From Telmatocola sphagniphila (GTDB lineage Bacteria > Planctomycetota > Planctomycetia > Gemmatales > Gemmataceae): a stretch of DNA of 32,000 nt. Positions 10,049 through 19,446 of this stretch are shown one piece after another; the first letter of the stretch is position 1, and each line of letters begins with the position of its first letter. The stretch covers positions 5,160,001 through 5,192,000 of the forward strand of contig NZ_CP074694.1 of NCBI RefSeq assembly GCF_018398935.1, given 5' to 3'. Made by a program: the position numbers and the translations under genes. The notes below the pieces were generated by a model. That model made no database searches and was not told the DNA's origin. It saw only the letters and a list, made by a program, of their open reading frames with translations.

Positions 10049-11560
10049 ATGGCGGGCCGCTATTTGCACCTCCTCGGCTGTTTGTGTCTTTTGGCTGCGT
10101 CGGGAGCACTGCGCGGGGCAGAACCCACGAAGCTTCCCAACATCGTTTTTTTGATTGCCGATGATCTGGGCTACGGCGATTTGGGCTGCTATGGGCAGAC
10201 CAAAATTCGCACCCCGAATATCGACAAGCTCGCCACCGAGGGGATGCGTTTTTCCAATCACTATTCAGGCAGTAATGTCTGCGCTCCGTCGCGCTGCACA
10301 CTGATGACCGGCAAGCATCCGGGGCATGGCTACATTCGGGAGAATCATCAGGCGAAAGGTTATAGCGAAGGTCAGGAGCCGGTGCCGGCCGGTTTGCTGA
10401 AAATGCCGTTGCGGCTCCAGGAAGTGGGCTACACGCTGGGCGGCTTCGGTAAATGGGGCCTCGGTCCAGTGACCAGTTCCGGCGATCCGCTCAAACAGGG
10501 ATTCGATCGCTGGTATGGTTACAATTGTCAGGCCGAGGCGCACAACTATTATCCCACGCATTTGTGGGATAACGACAAACAGATCACTTTGAATAATCCC
10601 AAGTTCGCCGCGCACCAGAAGCTGCCCAAAGACGCGGATGTCAACAACCCCGCCAGCTATGCCGCATACAGCGGTAAAGATTATGCCCCCGACCTGATCG
10701 GCGAGAAAGCGCTCGAATTCGTTCGCGCGAATAAAGACAAGCCGTTCTTCCTCTATTTCGCCACCACGGTGCCGCATCTTGCTCTTCAGGTTCCTGAAGA
10801 CTCTTTGCAGGAGTACGCCGGGAAGTTTCCCGAAACGCCCTATACCGGCGACCGATCTTATTTGCCGCATCGTCAGCCGCGGGCTGCCTATGCCGCGATG
10901 ATCACGCGCATGGATCGCGATATCGGCCGTATTCTGTCGGTGCTCCGCGAGCTGCATCTGGACGAGAATACCATCGTCGTTTTCACCAGCGACAACGGCC
11001 CGCTGTACGACAAACTGGGCGGCACCGACACGGAGTTCTTCAACAGTGCCGCCGGTTTGCGCGGCCGCAAAGGCTCCTACTACGAAGGGGGTTTTCGGGA
11101 GCCCTGCATCGTTCGCTGGCCCGGGCACATCGCACCCAACAGCCAGACAGATCGCGTCAGCGGCTTCGAAGATTGGTTCCCTACTTTTATGGAGCTAGTC
11201 GGCCGGAAAGACAAAACGCCCGCCGACATCGACGGTATTAGTTTCGCTCCGACTCTCTTGGGGCAGAAGCAACCCGAACGCCCTTTCCTCTACCGCGAAT
11301 CGCCGGGCTACGGTGGCCAGCAATGCGTTCGCGTCGGGAACTGGAAAGCCCTGCGCCGCAATTTGAATCCGGCTCTGAAGGCGAAGGATCAGAACCCAGG
11401 GCCTATAGAACTTTACGACCTGGCGAACGATCCGTTTGAGAAGACCGATCTAGCGAAGATTCATCCCGAAATTGTGAGCGAACTCCAGCTTCTCCTGGAT
11501 AAGCAACATGTGAAATCGGATCTATTTCCGATGCGGGTACTCGACGCAAAGAAGAATTAA
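10049..11560 (+). CDS. Arylsulfatase (formylglycine-dependent sulfatase family)
   Basis: 'PNIVFLIADDLGYGDLGCYG' and the FGly motif 'CAPSRCTLMTGK' (C-x-P-x-R), plus 'FTSDNGP'. ATG at 10049 follows GGAAAGGA. The TTG start at 10013 in the track is less likely. Confidence 0.9.
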   Translation: MAGRYLHLLGCLCLLAASGALRGAEPTKLPNIVFLIADDLGYGDLGCYGQTKIRTPNIDKLATEGMRFSNHYSGSNVCAPSRCTLMTGKHPGHGYIRENHQAKGYSEGQEPVPAGLLKMPLRLQEVGYTLGGFGKWGLGPVTSSGDPLKQGFDRWYGYNCQAEAHNYYPTHLWDNDKQITLNNPKFAAHQKLPKDADVNNPASYAAYSGKDYAPDLIGEKALEFVRANKDKPFFLYFATTVPHLALQVPEDSLQEYAGKFPETPYTGDRSYLPHRQPRAAYAAMITRMDRDIGRILSVLRELHLDENTIVVFTSDNGPLYDKLGGTDTEFFNSAAGLRGRKGSYYEGGFREPCIVRWPGHIAPNSQTDRVSGFEDWFPTFMELVGRKDKTPADIDGISFAPTLLGQKQPERPFLYRESPGYGGQQCVRVGNWKALRRNLNPALKAKDQNPGPIELYDLANDPFEKTDLAKIHPEIVSELQLLLDKQHVKSDLFPMRVLDAKKN

Positions 11561-11642
11561 TCCTTCTGACTGAGCTCAGTAATACTCAACGATTTTTGCG
11601 GACGGCGAATGGAAGCCGGGAACATCAAAAATATTGCGATTC

Positions 11643-11666
11643 CGAGCCGTCCCGGCTCGAGTTTTC
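11643..11666 (+). terminator. Probable terminator of the sulfatase operon
   Basis: Hairpin CGAGCCG-tcc-CGGCTCG followed by GTTTTCT, about 85 nt after the arylsulfatase stop. Confidence 0.45.
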
Positions 11667-11704
11667 TGACAAATATTTTATGAGAGCTTTTTAATGTTTT
11701 TTTG

Positions 11705-11733
11705 TTGACGTTCGCGGTTAGGTGGTGTAATTT
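11705..11733 (+). promoter_or_regulatory. Orphan sigma70-like promoter (TTGACG-N17-TAATTT)
   Basis: TTGACG at 11705-11710, an exactly 17-nt spacer, and TAATTT at 11728-11733. No protein-coding ORF follows on this strand. Confidence 0.3.
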
Positions 11734-11739
11734 ACCTAC

Positions 11740-11812
11740 ACGTCTCGCAAATGCTATCGGACTCTGTGAGTGGGCGACACGGACCCGGACGTTTGCGAGA
11801 CTTTTTTTTATT
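11740..11812 (+). ncRNA. Candidate ~70-nt small RNA ending in a strong intrinsic terminator
   Basis: GTCTCGCAAA (11742-11751) pairs perfectly with TTTGCGAGAC (11792-11801). Two further pairs extend the stem. A run of eight T follows immediately (11802-11809). The unit sits just downstream of the orphan promoter and after a separate terminator for the upstream gene. Confidence 0.3.
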
Positions 11813-11836
11813 CTCGAAAAGCTATCTCGACAATTC

Positions 11837-12346
11837 TTACTTTCCAGCATTCTTAATTTGAAACTTCAGTAGGGCAATCTCCGCTTCTTGTCGAGCGGCG
11901 CGCACCTGCATCAGTTCCTGTTCCAGTCTCAAACCGCCATCGAACATCGCTTTGGTTTCCCTTTCGATTTCGGTGGTTTTTTCGACCCATTTTTTCAGAT
12001 GTTCCGCCTCTAAACTCGCGTTCCCCTGATCGAGGTCGAGCCCTGCAAGGCAGTAGTTCTTGCAAGTTTGCAGTTTGGTCTGAAAAGGAAAATCGCGGCC
12101 CATGTTGGAACGGGAAAAAACCAATTCCATTTCCTTGTGCAAAGTTTGATATCGATCTCTTTGCACTTCTTTGAGCCGCTTGTTCAGATTTTCCTCTCCC
12201 GAAGTGTTCTGGAGAGGGGCGATGGCATTCGCGACCGAACTGCCGATCTGGGGAATTTGTTGAGCGCGAACGGTGACTACCGTTCCCGTGACGGCAACGA
12301 CGAAAACGGCTAAACCGACGGCACAGATCTTACGAGGGAAGAGCAT
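11837..12346 (-). CDS. Hypothetical secreted or membrane-anchored coiled-coil protein
   Basis: N-terminal hydrophobic segment 'ICAVGLAVFVVAVTGTVVTVRA'. The rest is charged and helical. No family recognised. Confidence 0.65.
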   Translation of the reverse strand: MLFPRKICAVGLAVFVVAVTGTVVTVRAQQIPQIGSSVANAIAPLQNTSGEENLNKRLKEVQRDRYQTLHKEMELVFSRSNMGRDFPFQTKLQTCKNYCLAGLDLDQGNASLEAEHLKKWVEKTTEIERETKAMFDGGLRLEQELMQVRAARQEAEIALLKFQIKNAGK

Positions 12347-12577
12347 TGGAGAACTCCATGCGGATGGTTAAAGAGTTCTTAAGAGTCCAGACGACTCTCA
12401 GAGGGTTTTTCAAAATTGTTGGCAATTATTGTGCCGGGAAATATCGATCTGTCTTACACAAAAAATGCGTTGGAATTCGAAATTGAATTGATGAAAGAAG
12501 TGATTAAACCCACCCTTAAGCCCGAGGGAGGATGCGCATTTATTTTCCAGCGCGCAAAAAAAATGCACTTCCCAACA

Positions 12578-12603
12578 CCGCGGGCACATATCTGTGCCCG
12601 CGG
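12578..12603 (-). terminator. Hairpin downstream of the phosphoesterase-fusion gene
   Basis: Perfect 11-bp inverted repeat CCGCGGGCACA-tatc-TGTGCCCGCGG, 13 nt beyond the stop at 12616. On the minus strand a T8 run follows only ~15 nt later, so the terminator is non-canonical. Confidence 0.45.
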
Positions 12604-12615
12604 ATTCGAAAGTTC

Positions 12616-15198
12616 TTACTCCCCGTCGGCCTTTTTGCGAACGAATCGCTCCGGATAGGGGCTGTCGTACCCTTTCACCGAATGCCAGAGGATTCGATTA
12701 AAAGTATCCTCATCGGCCACGTCCGCCTGTTCGAAATTCATCGCTACCGACTTCTCCGCCCAGAACAGAGCCTTACCCGTTAACTTCTTTAAAGGGGGGT
12801 TCATTTCATCCAAAGCGATTTTGTTGTTCACGACCTTATAAGGAGTCAAATCCGGTTCCGCCGAGAAGCAGCCGCGCATCGGCGTGGCCGAGAGATCCAT
12901 TTGATTCATCGGCGGTAGGCCGAGCATCATCTCGATCGTCTTGACCATGCCGGTCTGGTTATAACTGGTGTGATCGACATACTTGCGTTTGGTGTAAGGG
13001 CTGATCGCAAAAGCCACGGTCCGGTGACCATCCACGTGATCGAACCCGGCTTGCGGATCATCTTCGACTACCAGGATGCAGGTATCTTTCCAGAAGGAAC
13101 TCGCGCTGATCGCTTCCACAATTCTTCCCAGAGCGAGATCGTTATCGGCCACCATAGCCCGGGGAGTGGGGAAATCGGGCGTGGTGCCATCGGTGTGATT
13201 GCAGGGCAGCGACATGAGAATCAGATCGGGCATCTTTCCAGCTTTTTCAAACGCTTTCAGATCTTCCTTGAATAGTTCGGCCCGGTAAACATCCGGCGCG
13301 TGCAGCGGAAAGTAAGGATAGGTCGGATGCGTGTGCGACTTCAATGCCGCATCGTTGATCTTGATCGTGATCGGCACTTTGCGAGTGCCATTTTTATAAT
13401 CGTTGAAGAAGTCGGTCCAGCGGGTGCCCTTGGGGAAATAGGGCTCTTCAGAAATATGTTCGCCATAGTTGCGAATCGTTTTTTTGTGTAACAGAGCATT
13501 ATCCCAGATGAAGCCGGTCGGCGCGAACGCCAGAGGATCGCGGCCGTCATCGGGATAGCTGCGCGGGAAGCCGCCGAACGCTTTTTCCAGATAGTCGGTC
13601 ACGTACGCAGAATCGGTCCAGGAATGGCCATCGGCACTCAGAACGCCCGAGCAATAGAAGTTATCCAGAAGGGTGAATTCGCGGGCCAGCTTGTGGTGAT
13701 TCGGCGTAGTGTTTTCACCAAAAATGCAAAGGTGTGCATCTCCGTTGCCCTCTTTCATATCGCCCAATACCTGATCGTAAGTGCGGTTTTCCTTGATGAT
13801 GTAAACCACATGTTTAATCAAGGACGGTTCGCCGTGCCGCTGCGGAATTACCAACGGCTTGGCATCCGGCCGAGGTTTCTCCAGCCCCGCGAGACTATAG
13901 TTGAGGCGATTGTTGGTATTCACTTCTTCGGTGTACTTTGCCAAGGTTTTCGCATCGGGCACGTCGATAATGGAAATCGAACCGAGGTGATCGTGCGAGT
14001 TGTGCCCCTTCTCGGCAATTCGCTTCTGATTCAAACTGCCAAGCCCTTTGACGTTCGCAACGATCAGCTGGGTGCCTTCCGCATTCAGCAGGATCGCGCC
14101 GGGGTACCAGCCGGTGGGAATCAGACCCAGCACCTGACTTTTCTCCGGTCGGCCTTCTCCCATTCCTTCAGAAGACTTGGCAGACAGACGAACAACGGCG
14201 ATGCAATTGTTGGTGCCGTTGGCGACATAGAGGGTTCCGCCCTCCGGGCTTAAGGCCAGAGCATTCGAAGCACTGCCGAAGGGCAGGCGGGATTCCGGCC
14301 GGCAGAAAATGGTTTCCAGAACTTCATCGGTATCGGTATCGATGACCGAAACGGTGTCGCTGTTAGCGTTGGCGACGTAGAGGCGTTTGGAGTTTTTGCT
14401 GAGGATCATGCCGCTGGGATGCAGGCCGACCGTGATGCTCTTCGATTCTTTCCAGGTGCCATTCTCTTTGCGGATAATCGACACCGAACCGTGATTGCTG
14501 ATGCCCGTCCGTTCATCAACGCGGGTGGGGGTTCCGGAACTGGATCGCTGCGGATCGTTCGCCTTGGGATGATCGCCGCCCCAGTTGGAAATGTAGGCCT
14601 TGGTGCTACTGACCACGGCCACCGTATACGGGGCCACGCCGACGGGAATGATTTGGCCCGCTTTCTGATTCTTGATGTCGACCAGTTGCACGAAATTGCC
14701 GCGCGTGCAGGTGACGAAGATTTGCTCATCGGAAAGCTTGGCAATCCCCGCGTAATCGGGTTCGCCTTCGAGCTTGATTTTTTCCAGCGGCAGGGCGGGT
14801 AGCAGTTTGTAGAAGCCGTCTTCATCGAATTCGATGCTCTGCATCAGGCCCATCGAATCCGAGACGTATACTTTGCCGCCCACATTCACGAGTCCGACGA
14901 CGCTCAATTTCGATTTGGGAATATCCACGGTCTGCAGAATTTTTCCGCTGGCGGTTTCGACGAACACGATGTCGTGCATGTTCTTGATGGCAGTGATTTT
15001 ACCATGTTCGAGAAAGGCCAGATCGACGGGACGGCCGGGGAATGTCACCTGTTTGCCCGCCGGTTTGATTACCTGATTGGTCGGCACGATAACGCGACCG
15101 TCGGCTTGCAGACCGATTTTCAACTGATCGATATCCTGAGCGCACGCCAGGTAGCCGGGACCGAAAAACAGCAGGGCCATAAACAAGTATCTATTCAT
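12616..15198 (-). CDS. Fusion protein: N-terminal YVTN/YncE-like beta-propeller plus C-terminal phosphoesterase (phospholipase C / acid phosphatase family)
   Basis: Signal peptide 'MNRYLFMALLFFGPGYLACA'. Propeller repeats include 'LYVANANSDTVSVIDTDTDEV' and 'LYVANGTNNCIAVV'. Phosphoesterase blocks are 'HVVYIIKENRTYDQVLGD', 'NFYCSGVLSADGHSWT' and 'VVEDDPQAGFDHVDGHRT'. Confidence 0.85.
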   Translation of the reverse strand: MNRYLFMALLFFGPGYLACAQDIDQLKIGLQADGRVIVPTNQVIKPAGKQVTFPGRPVDLAFLEHGKITAIKNMHDIVFVETASGKILQTVDIPKSKLSVVGLVNVGGKVYVSDSMGLMQSIEFDEDGFYKLLPALPLEKIKLEGEPDYAGIAKLSDEQIFVTCTRGNFVQLVDIKNQKAGQIIPVGVAPYTVAVVSSTKAYISNWGGDHPKANDPQRSSSGTPTRVDERTGISNHGSVSIIRKENGTWKESKSITVGLHPSGMILSKNSKRLYVANANSDTVSVIDTDTDEVLETIFCRPESRLPFGSASNALALSPEGGTLYVANGTNNCIAVVRLSAKSSEGMGEGRPEKSQVLGLIPTGWYPGAILLNAEGTQLIVANVKGLGSLNQKRIAEKGHNSHDHLGSISIIDVPDAKTLAKYTEEVNTNNRLNYSLAGLEKPRPDAKPLVIPQRHGEPSLIKHVVYIIKENRTYDQVLGDMKEGNGDAHLCIFGENTTPNHHKLAREFTLLDNFYCSGVLSADGHSWTDSAYVTDYLEKAFGGFPRSYPDDGRDPLAFAPTGFIWDNALLHKKTIRNYGEHISEEPYFPKGTRWTDFFNDYKNGTRKVPITIKINDAALKSHTHPTYPYFPLHAPDVYRAELFKEDLKAFEKAGKMPDLILMSLPCNHTDGTTPDFPTPRAMVADNDLALGRIVEAISASSFWKDTCILVVEDDPQAGFDHVDGHRTVAFAISPYTKRKYVDHTSYNQTGMVKTIEMMLGLPPMNQMDLSATPMRGCFSAEPDLTPYKVVNNKIALDEMNPPLKKLTGKALFWAEKSVAMNFEQADVADEDTFNRILWHSVKGYDSPYPERFVRKKADGE

Positions 15199-15484
15199 CG
15201 CTACTCCAGACTTCGTCGTCCAATGGATTTACAGATAGCCTTGAGACGGGGCCGTCATTGCCGAATGTCCGTCAAAATTTTTGTGTATTGGTAACGAGGA
15301 TAGCGTATGGGACTTGATCTGCCCCGAAGCGAAGAAGCCGTGAAATCCGCATTGATGAAGTATTTTTGAAGAGAGGCGAATCCCCGACCAATAGAATTGC
15401 CTCCTGAGGTCTTAGCACGTTCGGGAGTTTCTAACACCGCGGATGCCAGCGATTCGACGAGCGCGAGTAATCCCTGTATCCAGA

Positions 15485-16093
15485 ATGCATTCGTTAATTC
15501 TGGGGTTGCTGATGCTTGCGCAACTGCTGATGGCGACCCGACTACCAGCCTCCAGCGCTCGCATTGTCCGGGATTGCCGCCAACCTTACCCCTGCATGGA
15601 TCACGCCTGCGGCTGCATGAGCGCGCAGCAGTGCTGGGAGAGTTGCTGCTGCTTCACCAATTCCGAAAAGGTGGCCTGGGCGGAAGCTCAGGGTGTGGCG
15701 ATCCCCGATTATGTGCGCGAAGCGGCCCGGGCGGAAGTCGCGGAAGAGATCCGAAAACCCGCGCCCAAAAAAAGCTGCTGCGAAGAAGGCGCTGCGGATT
15801 GTTGCTGTTCATCGCAGTCGAGTAAGTCTTGCTGCGACGAGGAACCTCACCCCACAAAGAGTATTGCGAAGAAAAAAAGCCTCGGTTGGTTGGTCATTCT
15901 GAATACTCTGCAGTGCCGGGCGCCCCGTCCGCTCGGAGCCTTTTCCTCCCAGCCTTCCGTGCCGATCACTTTGGAATCGCCGGCTACTCTCGAACAACCT
16001 TTTACAGGTTTGATTTCCTCTCACTCCGATACTTATCTGTCCGTATCTTCTCTTCCTTCCGTGCCGCCGCCGAAGAATCTCGCGGGCTGTTAA
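15485..16093 (+). CDS. Cysteine-rich exported hypothetical protein
   Basis: Start 'MHSLILGLLMLAQLLMATRLPA' looks like a signal or anchor. Two dense Cys clusters follow: 'CRQPYPCMDHACGCMSAQQCWESCCCF' and 'SCCEEGAADCCCSSQSSKSCCDEE'. The C-terminal half is Ser/Pro rich. Confidence 0.6.
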   Translation: MHSLILGLLMLAQLLMATRLPASSARIVRDCRQPYPCMDHACGCMSAQQCWESCCCFTNSEKVAWAEAQGVAIPDYVREAARAEVAEEIRKPAPKKSCCEEGAADCCCSSQSSKSCCDEEPHPTKSIAKKKSLGWLVILNTLQCRAPRPLGAFSSQPSVPITLESPATLEQPFTGLISSHSDTYLSVSSLPSVPPPKNLAGC

Positions 16094-16308
16094 CGATCCT
16101 ATGACGAGGAGCGGCTCCCTTTAGGGAAGGCCGTTCGTCCGCGGATGTCGCCCTCCCGGCGAATACCCGTTAACGCCTGTCATTTCCTGCAACTAAACAA
16201 CCACACCGCAAGCACTTCATTCCAGAGGTGCGCTTCCCTCTATTTACCGACCGTGCTGCACGTTCGGTCGGACACGTAAATTGGCAATATCGGAAAGACA
16301 CATAGGTA

Positions 16309-17175
16309 ATGTTTAAACTTCAAAAATATCGAACGGGTTTTACACTCATTGAATTGCTGGTGGTGATAGCCATCATCGCCGTACTGATCGGCCTGCTCCT
16401 GCCCGCGGTCCAAAAGGTCCGCGAAGCCGCGGCCCGCATGTCCTGCACCAACAACCTCAAACAATTGGGACTGGCGGCGCACAACTTTGCTTCCACCTTC
16501 GGCTTTCTACCTTCGGAATACGTGCCCAATCCGGGGCAGCCGCCGATATCCGGGAATTATCCCTATCCCTATCAGGATTGGCACGTCCAGCTGATGTTCT
16601 ACATCGAACAGCAGAATGAAGTCACTAACGTTAACGGCGTTCTGACGCCGGTGAACGCAGCCACGGACACGTTGAAACTCTTCATCTGTCCCAGCCGGGG
16701 GAAGCGACCTGGACAGGCTTCGCCCAACTCGCCAGGGACCAGCCCGCCGTATGGGGGCATCAGCGATTACGGCTACTACGTCCTGGTGCCGTGGAATACT
16801 CCTGGAGCCCAGTGCATTCTCTGGAGCCCCTATGGCGTGGATCTTGGACAGATCTCCAATGCCAACGGGACTTCCAACACTGCCCTGCTTTCGCATCTGG
16901 GCGTCAATCCGACTGAGTACGGTTACGGCCCGACGACCTGGTTCAACTGCAACAACGCCACGGGGGGTGCCAGCGTGCCGGATAATCAGGTTCCCCTGGG
17001 AGCCTATCTGGTGCCGAACAGTTACAGCCCGCCCGATCTCAGTTCCCCGCACCCGGGCGTGAATCTGGTCACTTTTGCCGATGGTCACGTTCAGTCCATC
17101 ACGCACGATTGGCTGACCCAGTATCAAAATCAGGTCTGGTCCTGGACAAATAGTACGCCCTTAGTCTTCCCGTAG
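16309..17175 (+). CDS. DUF1559 / H-X9-DG protein with prepilin-type N-terminal cleavage/methylation domain
   Basis: '[50 protein letters not shown]' and the C-terminal '[14 protein letters not shown]' (H-X9-DG). Confidence 0.9.
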   Translation: MFKLQKYRTGFTLIELLVVIAIIAVLIGLLLPAVQKVREAAARMSCTNNLKQLGLAAHNFASTFGFLPSEYVPNPGQPPISGNYPYPYQDWHVQLMFYIEQQNEVTNVNGVLTPVNAATDTLKLFICPSRGKRPGQASPNSPGTSPPYGGISDYGYYVLVPWNTPGAQCILWSPYGVDLGQISNANGTSNTALLSHLGVNPTEYGYGPTTWFNCNNATGGASVPDNQVPLGAYLVPNSYSPPDLSSPHPGVNLVTFADGHVQSITHDWLTQYQNQVWSWTNSTPLVFP

Positions 17176-17180
17176 ATCTC

Positions 17181-17210
17181 GAGCCCCGGGGAGTCTTTTC
17201 CCCGGGGCTC
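17181..17210 (+). terminator. Hairpin after the DUF1559 gene
   Basis: Perfect 11-bp inverted repeat GAGCCCCGGGG-agtctttt-CCCCGGGGCTC starting 6 nt after the stop. There is no strong T tract. Confidence 0.45.
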
Positions 17211-17357
17211 CATTCCCGATTAGGATCGAGTTGGCAATTTAGGCAAGAAAGGAAAAGTATTTAGGCCGGGCAGGAAATAGCGACTGCGTTCAAATTGCTA
17301 TCGCATTTTCACTTTGAGTTGCTTACGATTATCGTCCTTGAACTTTGTGTAATTGGG

Positions 17358-18578
17358 ATGACCTGTCGCATGTCTTCAGTCCATTGGGACCGCTTCCGCA
17401 ACACCCGTACTTTCGCCTCCCTCGACGGGCTGCGCTGTTTCAGCATTCTCGGCGTGATCGCCTATCACACGATGGAAACTGGCGTCAGCCAGACCATGAT
17501 CCAGCGCGGCTACCTGGGCGTGGACATGTTCTTTGTGCTGAGCGGTTTTCTCATCGTCACGCTGCTATTGCGCGAACAGGATCGCACCCATACGATTTCC
17601 ATCGGGCGTTTTTATGCCCGCCGGGCGCTGCGTATTTTCCCGCCCTATTATCTGCTGCTGTTTCTGCTGGCGATTTTGTACACTTTCGTGTCCAAAGGCA
17701 CCCCGTTGAGTAAGGCCTTCTTCGAAGCCCTGCCCTACAACCTTACGTACACTTCGAACTGGATCGTCATGGACGGGATGATTCGCATCTTCTGGTCTTT
17801 AGCGACCGAAGAGCAGTTCTATCTCGTCTGGCCGTTCGTGCAAAAGTACTGCGGCCGAAAAATGATCTTCGGGTTATTGGCGTTCATCATCGGCGTTTCC
17901 CAGCTGATGAATTATCGACTGATTGATGCCGATTTTCGCCAGGTCTTCGGCGTCGGCTACCTCGATTTGAACATCCTGCAGGTGACTTTCACGCCGATTG
18001 CTCTGGGGGCTTTGCTGGCCAACCTGATGCATCGACAGGAAGGCTATCGGCTCGTCTACATTCTCACCGGTTACACCGGCGCTTCGGTGATCTGGTTCGT
18101 CTTGTTGATTGCCACGATGAACATTCCCGCCGCGGACATCGGCGGCACGCTGCGACTGACCATACAGTTGGTCATGACCGTCTTTCTGGCTTCCTGCGTC
18201 GTTCGCGAAGATCACCTGCTTCGGCCCCTACTGACCCTCTGGCCGATTCGCAAACTGGGGGTGATCAGCTACGGCGTCTACCTTTATCACACCCTGGGCC
18301 ATCACTTCGGGCTGATCCTGTCGCGCAAAATCGGTCTGGAGTTGCCCGCCGTGGTCTTTGCCAACACGCTGGCGATCAGCGTGGGGTTGGCTTATCTCAG
18401 CTTCGTTTACTGGGAAAAATGGTTCCTCAATCTCAAGGACCGCCTGGCCCTTTCCTCCGCCCCGGCAGTGGAGATTTTCGGAACTCGAACCACTTTTGGC
18501 GATCGGCTCGGGATTCCCGAATCTCTCGAATCGGTGGGACTGAGCACCGAAACCCCCGAGAATAAAAGCGAAACCTAG
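17358..18578 (+). CDS. Acyltransferase family 3 membrane protein (O-acyltransferase)
   Basis: 'LDGLRCFSILGVIAYH', 'GVDMFFVLSGFLI' and 'RRALRIFPPYY', with about 10 hydrophobic segments. The start is uncertain: ATG at 17358 or 17370, and the track uses TTG at 17295. Confidence 0.85.
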   Translation: MTCRMSSVHWDRFRNTRTFASLDGLRCFSILGVIAYHTMETGVSQTMIQRGYLGVDMFFVLSGFLIVTLLLREQDRTHTISIGRFYARRALRIFPPYYLLLFLLAILYTFVSKGTPLSKAFFEALPYNLTYTSNWIVMDGMIRIFWSLATEEQFYLVWPFVQKYCGRKMIFGLLAFIIGVSQLMNYRLIDADFRQVFGVGYLDLNILQVTFTPIALGALLANLMHRQEGYRLVYILTGYTGASVIWFVLLIATMNIPAADIGGTLRLTIQLVMTVFLASCVVREDHLLRPLLTLWPIRKLGVISYGVYLYHTLGHHFGLILSRKIGLELPAVVFANTLAISVGLAYLSFVYWEKWFLNLKDRLALSSAPAVEIFGTRTTFGDRLGIPESLESVGLSTETPENKSET

Positions 18579-18660
18579 AAAATAATTTCCCGATCCTGCC
18601 AATCAAATGGGCATCACATTTGACCTTACGGTCTGAATCATTATAATTTAGATCAAGTTA

Positions 18661-19428
18661 ATGATATCGGCCGGTCGATCTTTCAAGACGAAAGTCATGT
18701 GCATGGATTCCCCCTTTATCACGGCAGCGGAAATTGAATCTGCCAACCTGGAACTGACCGGCCGGAGTGCCGAGGAAGTTCTGCGTTGGGCCGTGGGGCG
18801 TTTTGGCCATAAGTTGATGATGGCCACGGCTTTCGGTGCGGAAGGATGTTGCCTGATTCACATGCTGGCCCAGATCGATCCGACCATTCGCGTGATAAAT
18901 CTGGATACTGGATACCAATTTAAGGAGACCCTGAAGCTCCGGGAACGCTTACTTTATACCTACGGCGTGGCAGTCGAGTTCATCCGGCCCGACACAACGG
19001 TCGAAGAATACGAGAGAATGCACGGCGGGCCGCTCTACGAACATCGTTCGGACCAATGCTGTTTTGACCGAAAAATCGTACCATTGCGTAAGGCGGTCGT
19101 CGGCTATCAGGCGTGGATCAGTTCGATTCGCAAGGATCAGACTGCGGATCGCGCCCGGGCCGATGTCGTGCAGTGGGATCCGAAGTTCGGGGTCGTCAAA
19201 GTGAATCCGATCCTCACTTGGAACTATAAGGACGTCTGGAACTTCATTTACAAAAATAACGTTCCCTACAATCCTCTGCACGATCAGGGTTATCCCAGTA
19301 TCGGATGCTGGCCCTGCACTCAACCGGTGACTGAGGGCGCGGACGAACGGTCTGGGCGCTGGGCCGGGATGAAGAAAAAAGAGTGCGGCCTGCACGTGGT
19401 CGAGTATCAGCAAGGATCGGGAATTTAA
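18661..19428 (+). CDS. cysH: Phosphoadenosine/adenosine 5'-phosphosulfate reductase (Fe-S type assimilatory APS/PAPS reductase)
   Basis: 'MMATAFGAEGCCLIHML', 'SIRKDQTADR', 'KVNPILTWNYKDVWNFI' and 'YNPLHDQGYPSIGCWPCT...ECGLH'. The CC...CxxC cysteines suggest the Fe-S APS-reductase type. Internal ATGs at 18697 and 18703 are alternative starts. Confidence 0.9.
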   Translation: MISAGRSFKTKVMCMDSPFITAAEIESANLELTGRSAEEVLRWAVGRFGHKLMMATAFGAEGCCLIHMLAQIDPTIRVINLDTGYQFKETLKLRERLLYTYGVAVEFIRPDTTVEEYERMHGGPLYEHRSDQCCFDRKIVPLRKAVVGYQAWISSIRKDQTADRARADVVQWDPKFGVVKVNPILTWNYKDVWNFIYKNNVPYNPLHDQGYPSIGCWPCTQPVTEGADERSGRWAGMKKKECGLHVVEYQQGSGI

Positions 19429-19446
19429 TCGAACGAAAGAGTATTC

